From positions 1 to 27,534 of the forward strand of contig JAWLEP010000036.1 in NCBI GenBank assembly GCA_041686025.1: a stretch of DNA of 27,534 bases. Direction: 5' to 3'. Of this stretch, positions 8,234-15,908 are shown one piece after another. Position 1 is the stretch's first letter; each line of letters begins with the position of its first letter. The translations under genes and the position numbers were made by a program. This DNA comes from Candidatus Fermentibacteraceae bacterium (GTDB lineage: Bacteria; Fermentibacterota; Fermentibacteria; Fermentibacterales; JCC-6). The notes beneath the pieces are model-generated. The model had not been told where the DNA came from. It saw only the letters and a list, made by a program, of their open reading frames with translations, and did not search any database.

Positions 8234-8330
8234 TGGCGGGAACGTGTGGGAATCGAACCCACCCAGGATGGTTTCAGCACCCAACGCCGGATTTGAAGTC
8301 CGGGAGGGACACCAGCCCCCTTCCGCTCCC
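8234..8330 (-). tRNA. selC: tRNA-Sec (anticodon UCA), 97 nt, CCA encoded
   Basis: GGGAGCGG-AA-GGGGGC TGGT GTCCCT-C-CCGGA CTTCAAA TCCGG-long variable arm-GTGGG TTCGATT CCCAC-ACGTTCCC-GCCA. The 6-bp D stem with 4-nt loop, UCA anticodon, long extra arm, 8-position acceptor arm and G discriminator are all tRNA-Sec hallmarks. Confidence 0.96.
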
Positions 8331-8342
8331 GCTGATGGGATA

Positions 8343-8370
8343 AAGATGGGCAACCCCGCCGGAAAGTCAA
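8343..8370 (-). promoter_or_regulatory. Putative promoter of selC
   Basis: TTGACT-N16-CATCTT on the minus strand, ending 12 nt before the tRNA 5' end. Confidence 0.5.
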
Positions 8371-8395
8371 GTACGAGGCGGAGGCTTTGCGGGCC

Positions 8396-8424
8396 TTTAC
8401 CCTGGCGTCATGTAAACGTACGAT
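8396..8424 (+). promoter_or_regulatory. Putative promoter of the HEAT-repeat gene with an overlapping TTTAC-N11-GTAAA inverted repeat
   Basis: TTTACC-N17-TACGAT. Confidence 0.4.
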
Positions 8425-8475
8425 ATTGGTTGCGGGTCTCGGCTGCCGCCGTGTGGATGCCCCTCTTTGGGAAGG

Positions 8476-11088
8476 ATGCAAGTGCCATTCGAAGAGGAAC
8501 AGCTGCAGAGGGTGATCAAGCAGGTAGCGGGGGCGACCCTGAACGTCGACGAGCCCCAGCGCCGTCCGACGGTGCTGCACACCAGGGCCGCCGCCCTCGA
8601 CCCGGAGGAGATTGCCCAGCTTGCGCTGGAGCTGGACTCCAGGGCCTCGGGAGACGTGGACTGCGCCGTTCTCTTCATCATGCTGCTGCACCAGTACGCC
8701 ATGGAGGAATCGGACCTGCAGCGGGACAAGCTGCTGCAGCTGCTCCGCAAGCAGAAACCCGCCCTGGCCGATGCCCTGGGCCGGATGAAGAACGTCGATG
8801 AGAAAAGCCGTCCGGCGGTTCTGGCCAAGATCTCGCTGACCCTCGAGGTGCACTACCTTCTCAACCAGGAGCTGGAGGACGCGGCCATAGCCCCCGAGCA
8901 GATCAGGGGCTGTGACATAGCCCTCTCCGTCCTGGCCGGCAGGTCACCGGGCGATCTGACCCTGCGGCTGGACGGCAACAGCTTCGCCACCCAGGCGCAG
9001 GAGATACTCACCGAGGTCCTGGAGGAGCTGGACTTCATCCGCAAGGGCCAGGCGAACTGGGAGTTCAGGCTGGTGGAGGAAGGCCTGGGCCGCTACGAGT
9101 TCGCCGGAAACCTCCAGTCCTACGCCAGGGGCTCGGGCATGCTGTCCCCCCTGGCCATGAGCCGGATGGCGGAGAACCTGGTCAAGCGCCTGAGCTTCAT
9201 CATCCGCTCCACCAGCATGTACCCGGCGGGGCATCCGGCCATCGAACCGGCCCTGACCTCCTTCATGGGCATGCTGGAGCAGCTGCACCGCGACGAGCCG
9301 ATGGTCACCATAAGCGCCATGGGAAACGAGCTCATGGTGAACGACATGGAGATACGCAGGAGGGGCAAGGTGGTGGACTCCTTCCTGGCGGCCATGGCCG
9401 ACCGCAACGCCAGCAGCCTCAGCTTCCACGCCGGCGTGGACCTGGACTCGGTGATCCGGTTCGCCAACGTGTTCAACAAGTCGCCGCAGTACATCAAGAA
9501 CCACGGCGGACTGAGCCGGCTCATGGAGCGTCGAAGCGTCACCGGCGTAACCTGCGACCAGTTCCGCTACGCACTCGTGTCCAAGGACGGCCAGGTGGTC
9601 ATGGGGGCCGAACCTCCCGAGGAGAGGGCCATAGAGAACCTTATCTTCGGCGAGCTGATAGAGAGGCTGGAGCGCGGCGACTCCCTCCGCGACCTCAGCA
9701 GCGAGCAGCTGGGCGAGGCCCTGAAGAGCGTGCTGCAGGGAACCAGCGAGGGCGTAGAGTCCAAGAAGAGCCTTCTGGCCAACTTCATCGCCACCATCGA
9801 CCCCACCATACTGGAGCGGGGCCTGCTCTCCCGCCGGGACATACAGAGGGACATGTCCTGGAGCGCCGTCCGCCGGATAGTCAAGGCCCGGATAAGGGAC
9901 CTGGCCAGCGCCAACGAGGATGCCAGGCTGGAAGCCCTGGAGCGGCTGATGAGCCTGGCGCTCACCGCGGTGGAGCGGAACAAGGACAACACCGTTCTTC
10001 AGATACTGGAGAACGTGAGCGCCATGCTCAGCTACGAGATCAACCCGGACGCCCTCTACTCCGCCGTGGTCCTTCTGGGAACCGTATGCGGGATGCTCAT
10101 CGAGCGGGGCAAGCTGTCCGCCGCCGACACCGCCGCCCAGGCGCTGGAGAGCGTGCGCGAGCAGGACATGGCCGGCACCGATCTGGTTTCCTCACGCCGG
10201 CGCGCCCTGGCCGAGGCCATGCGGCGCATGGACACCCCCGAGACCGGCGAGAGGCTGGTGGACGCCCTGCTGTCGTACAACGAGGTGGTCTCGGAGGAGG
10301 CGGAGACCCTGGCGGCCAGGGTGCCCATGCGAAACCTGACCTGGCGCCTGATGGAGGTGTTCCTGGAGCCCGACATTCACACCAGGGCCAGGGCGTACAG
10401 GATACTGAAGAACCTCGGCGGCCCGGCGGGCCAGGTGATGGTGGCCCGTCTGCGCAGGCTCCGCGCCGGCTACGAGACCCCCCGGGACCCGGATACCGGC
10501 CGTCTGGAGGACGGCGACTGGTACATAGCACGGAACGCGGTGGAGATACTGGGCGAGATCGGCGAGCGGGACTCCATCCCGGTTCTGGAGAGCCTGTCCG
10601 ACGACCCAGACGACAGGCTGCGGGCCACAGCTCTGAGGAGCCTGTACGGCGTATCGCCGGCGGAGGCAGCCACCATCGCCCTGAAGAAAGCGGGTGACGC
10701 CAGCGAGGAAGTGGCCTCCGTGGCCCTGGAGATACTGGGCAAGCGTCCCGACGAGGCGGAGATGTCGGTGGAGGAGCTGGTGCGTCTCTTCCGCCTGCGG
10801 CCCGACCTGCGCGCCCCCGTCATGAACGTGATCCGGCGCATCCCCGATTCACGGGAGGTCCTGCGGCTGGCGGTGGACAGCTTCGATATACAGAGCGGAG
10901 TCCCCATGGGCAGCCTGGACCTGGCGATGGACGCCCTGGACTACATAAGGCGCTACGGCAGCAGCGAGGACGTTCCGGTGCTGGAGGGCTACATGGAGCG
11001 CAACTCGAAGCCCGGCCTGCTGAAGAAGAGGGGGGACGAGCAGGTCATAGCCGGCGAGATCCGGAAGGCCATACGGGAGATGGGCTGA
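8476..11088 (+). CDS. Large alpha-helical HEAT-repeat domain protein (870 aa)
   Basis: Strong GC3 bias. Internal MYPAGHP motif and C-terminal HEAT-like repeats (WYIARNAVEILGEIG…LSDDPDDRLRATALRSL). ATG 8476 after GGGAAGG; TTG 8467 is an alternative start. Confidence 0.8.
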   Translation: MQVPFEEEQLQRVIKQVAGATLNVDEPQRRPTVLHTRAAALDPEEIAQLALELDSRASGDVDCAVLFIMLLHQYAMEESDLQRDKLLQLLRKQKPALADALGRMKNVDEKSRPAVLAKISLTLEVHYLLNQELEDAAIAPEQIRGCDIALSVLAGRSPGDLTLRLDGNSFATQAQEILTEVLEELDFIRKGQANWEFRLVEEGLGRYEFAGNLQSYARGSGMLSPLAMSRMAENLVKRLSFIIRSTSMYPAGHPAIEPALTSFMGMLEQLHRDEPMVTISAMGNELMVNDMEIRRRGKVVDSFLAAMADRNASSLSFHAGVDLDSVIRFANVFNKSPQYIKNHGGLSRLMERRSVTGVTCDQFRYALVSKDGQVVMGAEPPEERAIENLIFGELIERLERGDSLRDLSSEQLGEALKSVLQGTSEGVESKKSLLANFIATIDPTILERGLLSRRDIQRDMSWSAVRRIVKARIRDLASANEDARLEALERLMSLALTAVERNKDNTVLQILENVSAMLSYEINPDALYSAVVLLGTVCGMLIERGKLSAADTAAQALESVREQDMAGTDLVSSRRRALAEAMRRMDTPETGERLVDALLSYNEVVSEEAETLAARVPMRNLTWRLMEVFLEPDIHTRARAYRILKNLGGPAGQVMVARLRRLRAGYETPRDPDTGRLEDGDWYIARNAVEILGEIGERDSIPVLESLSDDPDDRLRATALRSLYGVSPAEAATIALKKAGDASEEVASVALEILGKRPDEAEMSVEELVRLFRLRPDLRAPVMNVIRRIPDSREVLRLAVDSFDIQSGVPMGSLDLAMDALDYIRRYGSSEDVPVLEGYMERNSKPGLLKKRGDEQVIAGEIRKAIREMG

Positions 11089-11100
11089 TCCCCGAGCTTC

Positions 11101-13638
11101 TCAGTCCTCCCACTTGATCATGCCGGGGATGATCATCATGCCGAACCTGGGGTGTCCGGGAAGGACCCTCACCGTGAAGCCCACGCTGCCGGCCCGGTCG
11201 CACCGCATGGATCCCCTGAAGGTCAGCCTGTCCCCGTCCCTTCCCTCGGATGAGAGCCTGGCGGAGCTGCGGTTCTCCAGGCCGCTCTGCGGCCCCAGGG
11301 TGCCGTAGAGGGCCTCTACGTAGAGGTCCTCGCCCTTCAGCCCGGGCGCGGTCAGCAGCACCGTCACCGGTATGGAGTCGCCCACCGTACAGCCCCCTTC
11401 GGGCACCTCCGCCCGGACCTCCTCGATGCGGACATCGTCCCAGGCCCCGGCCACCGCCGTCTTCCAGACCGCCAGCTTCCTGGCGCTCTCCCAGCCGTCG
11501 GCGGAGAGCGCGGTGGAGTAGCCGTGGGCGGGAAGGTAGAACTCCTCGGTGTAGTCCCGGAGGGTCCTTCCCACGCTGAAGGCCCCGCAGGTGGACATCA
11601 TGGACTTCTGCATCAGCTCCACCCACCGGCGGGGAGTGCCGTCCTGCGACCGCTGGTAGTACATGGGCACGATCTCGTTCTCGATGATGTTGTACAGCGC
11701 CTTGGCCTCCACCTGGTCCTGCAGCTGCGGGTCCGCGTACTCCTCGCCGCTGCCGATGGCCCAGCCGATCTCCGGACGGTAGGCCTCCGCCCACCATCCG
11801 TCGGGTACGCTGACGTGTATGCCTCCGTTTATGCAGGCCTTCATGCCGCTGGTCCCGCTGGCCTCCATGGGCTTTCTGGGGGTGTTCAGCCAGATGTCCA
11901 CCCCCTGCACCAGGTAGCGGGCCATGTCGATGCTGTAGTCCTCCAGGTAGATCACCCGTCCGTAGAAGCTCCGGCCCAGGCAGAGGTGCATGATGTTGCG
12001 GATCAGCTCCTTGCCGCCGTTGTCGTGGGGATGGGCCTTGCCGGCGAAGATGATCTGCACCGGCCGGTCGGGGTCGGTGAGTATGGCCCGCAGCCTCTCG
12101 GGGTCGCGGAATATCAGGGTGGCCCGCTTGTAGGTGGCGAACCTCCTGGCGAACCCGATGGTGAGCGCGTCCGGGTTCAGTATGGGGGTGTCGTCGCGGT
12201 TCTGCTTGTGCATGCCCATCCGGTACAGCTGCCGGCTCCAGTGCTGCCTGGCGTAGCCCACCAGCCTCTCCCGCAGCCGCTGCCGGCCCTTCCACAGCTC
12301 GGACCGGGGTATTCGCTCTATGTCCCGCCAGGCCTCCCCGCCGGCGCCGCCCTCCACCCAGTTCGGCCCCAGGTACCTGTCCAGCAGCCTCTTGATCTCG
12401 TCGGCTATCCACGACTCCACGTGAACGCCGTTGGTTATGTGGCCGATGGGGACGTCCTCCTTGGGGAGCATGGGCCAGACGTCCTTCCATATCCGGCGGG
12501 ACACCTCGCCGTGCAGCTCGGAGACCCCGTTGCGGAAGCGGGAGAACTTGAGCCCGAAGACGGTCATGGAGAAGGTGGGGCTGCCGTTCCTGCTGCCGAA
12601 GTGCAGAAAGCGGTCATGGTCTATGCCGATGGAGTCCACCAGGGGCCCCAGGTACCTCATCAGCAGGTCGTTGGCAAACTCCTCGTTGCCGGCGGGGACC
12701 GGGGTATGGGTGGTGAAGACGTTGCCCGCCTTCGCCTGCTCCACCGCCGCCTCGAAGTCCAGCCCGGCCTCCACCAGCTCCCGCAGCCTCTCCACGATGA
12801 GGAAGGCGGAGTGTCCCTCGTTTATGTGGAACACCGTGGGGTCCACGCCTGTCGCCCGCAGCGCCCGCAGGCCGCCCACCCCCAGCAGTATCTCCTGCCG
12901 GATCCGCATGTCCTTGTCCCCGCCGTAGAGCTTCGTGGTTATCTCCCTGTCATCCGGGGAGTTCTCGGGCAGGTTGGTGTCCAGAAGCAGCAGGCGGACG
13001 TGGCCGACGGCTATCTCCCAGACCGCCGCCAGCGCGGACCTGTCGCCCAGGGGGAACTCCACCTTCAGATGGTCGCCGCCGGCATCGAGTACGGGGCGGA
13101 CCGGCAGGTTGGAGACATCGTAGGAGTAGTAGGTCTCCTGCTGCCATCCGTCGCTGTTGAGGTACTGGCTGAAGTAGCCCTGCCGGTACAGCAGCGACAC
13201 GCCGGTGAGGGGCAGCCCCAGCTGGCTGGCGCCCTTCAGCATGTCGCCGGAGAGCACGCCCAGGCCGCCGGAGTAGATGGGCAGGCTCTCGTGTATGCCG
13301 AACTCCGCGGAGAAGAAGGCCACGCTCATTCCGCTCTCGGCGTGACGCTCCCCGTACCAGGTGCTCCTGGCCAGGTAGTCGGCGAGCTCACCGTGGACCT
13401 CCTCCAGGTGGGCCAGGAAGGCGCTGTCGGAGGAAAGCTCCTCCAGGCGCTCCTGGCTGGCCCTGTTGAGCATCAGCACCGGGTTGTGCCTGGTCTCCTC
13501 CCACAGCGAGTTGTCTATCCAGCGGAAGAGGTCGGTTCCCTGCTGGTTCCACGTCCACCAGCAGTTGTAGGCTATGTCCTTCAGCTGCTGAAGATTATCG
13601 GGTATACTGGGAAGAACTCTGAAAGTCCTGGTTCTCAC
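11101..13638 (-). CDS. glgP: Alpha-glucan (glycogen/starch) phosphorylase
   Basis: FSAEFG, YSGGLGVL, HINEGH, FTTHTPVPAG, ITNGVH, ARRFATYKR, AGKAHP and the PLP site EASGTSGMKA. GTG start with GGAGG RBS. Confidence 0.96.
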   Translation of the reverse strand: MRTRTFRVLPSIPDNLQQLKDIAYNCWWTWNQQGTDLFRWIDNSLWEETRHNPVLMLNRASQERLEELSSDSAFLAHLEEVHGELADYLARSTWYGERHAESGMSVAFFSAEFGIHESLPIYSGGLGVLSGDMLKGASQLGLPLTGVSLLYRQGYFSQYLNSDGWQQETYYSYDVSNLPVRPVLDAGGDHLKVEFPLGDRSALAAVWEIAVGHVRLLLLDTNLPENSPDDREITTKLYGGDKDMRIRQEILLGVGGLRALRATGVDPTVFHINEGHSAFLIVERLRELVEAGLDFEAAVEQAKAGNVFTTHTPVPAGNEEFANDLLMRYLGPLVDSIGIDHDRFLHFGSRNGSPTFSMTVFGLKFSRFRNGVSELHGEVSRRIWKDVWPMLPKEDVPIGHITNGVHVESWIADEIKRLLDRYLGPNWVEGGAGGEAWRDIERIPRSELWKGRQRLRERLVGYARQHWSRQLYRMGMHKQNRDDTPILNPDALTIGFARRFATYKRATLIFRDPERLRAILTDPDRPVQIIFAGKAHPHDNGGKELIRNIMHLCLGRSFYGRVIYLEDYSIDMARYLVQGVDIWLNTPRKPMEASGTSGMKACINGGIHVSVPDGWWAEAYRPEIGWAIGSGEEYADPQLQDQVEAKALYNIIENEIVPMYYQRSQDGTPRRWVELMQKSMMSTCGAFSVGRTLRDYTEEFYLPAHGYSTALSADGWESARKLAVWKTAVAGAWDDVRIEEVRAEVPEGGCTVGDSIPVTVLLTAPGLKGEDLYVEALYGTLGPQSGLENRSSARLSSEGRDGDRLTFRGSMRCDRAGSVGFTVRVLPGHPRFGMMIIPGMIKWED

Positions 13639-13693
13639 GGCAACCTCCGAGGCGGGTATCTCAGCTCAGGTCGTGCGCCCATACGGCAGTATG

Positions 13694-13722
13694 AGCATAT
13701 CCATTGCGCAGGGCGGGGACAA
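13694..13722 (-). promoter_or_regulatory. Putative sigma70 promoter of glgP
   Basis: TTGTCC-N17-TATGCT on the minus strand. Confidence 0.5.
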
Positions 13723-13859
13723 CTCCGGGACCCCGGAGCGGTGTCCCGGAACGGAACGGGGCGGGACCGCGTTTAACAGACCGGTGCGGCCCCGGCCTTT
13801 CGACGGCGGGGAAGCAGGATATATTCCGAACCTGGTTCACAGCAACGGAAGGAGGTCGG

Positions 13860-15896
13860 GTGAGAGCCACCGCGCTGCTGGCTGCGCTGATGATGGTCCC
13901 GGTGTACGCCGGGTCGGTGGAGATGGAGGTCCGCCTGCCCGCTGAGCGCATCACCCTGGTAGAGGGAGGAGGCGGCGTCATGGCCCTGGCCCCCGGTTCT
14001 GTTCCCCGGGGAGAGCCGGGGGGGGCGCTGCTCCCCGCGCTGCCCCTTCTGTACTGCATCCCGGCGGGAGCCTCCGGCCTTGAGGCCCACTTCGACCCGC
14101 TGGAGCTGGACACCCTGATTCTTCCGGGCCCGCCCGCTGCGGCCCGGACCCTCTACCCCCTGGGCTGGACGGGGGAGAGGCAGGGGACCGGGGCTTCCGT
14201 GAGCCGGGAGTCTGCCTTCAGGCCGGAAGACCCCGTCCTGGAGACGGCCACGGGGTCCATGGGAGGCTACACCGTTGCCTCGGTGCTGCTCTCGCCCGCA
14301 GCCCTTCTTCGGGGAGGAAGGCTGGAGGTGGCGGTCCGGGGCACGCTGAGACTGAGCTGGAGCGACGGACCCTCCCGCGCCGAGACCTTCTCCAGGGTGC
14401 GGACCATGGGCGAGGTCCTGCGGAGGGTGGTGGAGAACCCGGAGGACGTCGACCGCTGCGCTCCGCCCCGGCGCGATCCCCTGGGCCCGGACGTGGAGTA
14501 CCTGGTGGTTGCCGACGGGGACTACGCGGCCGACCTCCAGCCCATACTGGACCTGCACTCCTCCCGGGGCCTGTCCACCGGGCTGCTCACGGTGCAGGAG
14601 GCAACGGGCTCCTTTCCCGGCTCCGACGACGCCGAGCGGCTGCGCAACGCCATAATCCACTACCGCGAGAACATGGGAACCGTGTTCGTCCTGCTGGCGG
14701 GTGACGAGACGCTGGTTCCGGACAGGCTGGTATACACAAGGTGCGAGAACGTACCCCCCGAGTACGCCCCCACGGACCTGTACTTCGCAGACCTCGACGG
14801 CACCTGGGACGCCAACGGCGACGGGGTGTACGGGCAGGCGGACGACGGAATGGACCTCTTCGACGACGTTCTGCTGGGCAGGGCCCTGTTCGACGACCAC
14901 GCCACGGCCCAGGCCTTCGTGGACAGGACCGTGGCCTACCAGTCCTCCCCTCCCCCCGGCCCCTGGTCGCAGGAGGCCCTCCTCTGCAGCGCGGTGCTGT
15001 TCGAGGAGATCGGCTACACCGGTGCCAAGGGCGCCGACTCGGTGGCGGCGGCCCTGCCCCTGGACTGGGACGTGACCAGGGCTTACCAGCCGCTGGGGGG
15101 AGACGGCATCGACACCCACATTCCGGTGCTCCAGGACGGCACCGCCTGGAACTACTACGCCGGCCACGGCAACGACCGGGGCATCTACTGGTCCGAGCAG
15201 CCCATGACCATGATGACCGCCTGGCTGGCCGACACCCTCCGCAACGGGGAGAGGGCCGGGATCCACACCAGCATAGCATGCCATCCCGGGGACTACCGCG
15301 ACGGAAGGTGCGTCGCCGAGCGCCTGCTGCAGTGCCCCACGGGGGGAGCGGTATCCGTCACCTTCAACACCACCTACGGCTGGGAGGGCTTCTGGCCCGC
15401 ACTGGGAGCCAGCGAGAAGCTCTGCATAGACTTCACCAGACAGGTCTTCCGGGAGAAGGCCCCCAGCATCGGAGCGGCGGTCTCGGCGGCCCGGGCCCTG
15501 AGGGCGGCCGAGATGCACGGCGGCTACGACCGCACCCTGCAGTCGCTGCTGGCCTGGAACGCCTTCCACGACCCGGCGCTGCAGGTGAAGGGGGTCCCCC
15601 CCGATTACCAGGTGCCGCCCTACAGCCTGTCCATCACCAGCCCCTGGCCCAACCCCTCGCGCCGGGACGCCCCGGTCCGCTTCTCGGTGTCCTTCGACCC
15701 CAGGATGGGCAGCGGCGTCTCCGTGGCCGTCCACGACATCGCAGGCCGGCTGGTATGGAGCAGGGAGATGGCCATGCCGGGAGAGGTGGTCTGGGACGGC
15801 CGGAGGGACGGAAGCCGGGTGCCGCGGGGGGTGTACGTGGTGAGCGCGAGGCGGGGCGCCGCCGTGGTCTCCGAGAAGGTCACCGTACTGGAGTAG
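13860..15896 (+). CDS. Secreted C25 (gingipain-like) cysteine peptidase with propeptide and C-terminal FlgD-Ig/T9SS-like domain
   Basis: GTG 13860 after AGGAGG; signal peptide; FVLLAGD, PTDLYFADLDG, catalytic GHG and SIAC; C-terminal PWPNPS…HDIAGRLV…WDG…GVYVV. Confidence 0.87.
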   Translation: MRATALLAALMMVPVYAGSVEMEVRLPAERITLVEGGGGVMALAPGSVPRGEPGGALLPALPLLYCIPAGASGLEAHFDPLELDTLILPGPPAAARTLYPLGWTGERQGTGASVSRESAFRPEDPVLETATGSMGGYTVASVLLSPAALLRGGRLEVAVRGTLRLSWSDGPSRAETFSRVRTMGEVLRRVVENPEDVDRCAPPRRDPLGPDVEYLVVADGDYAADLQPILDLHSSRGLSTGLLTVQEATGSFPGSDDAERLRNAIIHYRENMGTVFVLLAGDETLVPDRLVYTRCENVPPEYAPTDLYFADLDGTWDANGDGVYGQADDGMDLFDDVLLGRALFDDHATAQAFVDRTVAYQSSPPPGPWSQEALLCSAVLFEEIGYTGAKGADSVAAALPLDWDVTRAYQPLGGDGIDTHIPVLQDGTAWNYYAGHGNDRGIYWSEQPMTMMTAWLADTLRNGERAGIHTSIACHPGDYRDGRCVAERLLQCPTGGAVSVTFNTTYGWEGFWPALGASEKLCIDFTRQVFREKAPSIGAAVSAARALRAAEMHGGYDRTLQSLLAWNAFHDPALQVKGVPPDYQVPPYSLSITSPWPNPSRRDAPVRFSVSFDPRMGSGVSVAVHDIAGRLVWSREMAMPGEVVWDGRRDGSRVPRGVYVVSARRGAAVVSEKVTVLE

Positions 15897-15908
15897 GGCT
15901 CGCCCGGT

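Noticed and set aside
8234..8260. selC as an integration site for a genomic island
   Set aside because: No integrase and no duplicated tRNA 3' end seen. The 9-nt match TGGCGGGAA near 19211 is inside a CDS and is chance-level.
13723..13738. Hairpin CTCCGG-GACC-CCGGAG in the glgP/C25 divergent spacer
   Set aside because: A short GC stem with no U tract, not downstream of a gene; cannot be supported as a terminator or ncRNA.
11524..13776. Long antisense/alternate-frame ORFs (e.g. 11524..13776 +, 4606..6804 -, 13773..15734 -, 169..1533 +, 22028..23509 +)
   Set aside because: They are shadows of real genes caused by high GC3 bias, with no motifs, and they overlap well-supported CDSs.
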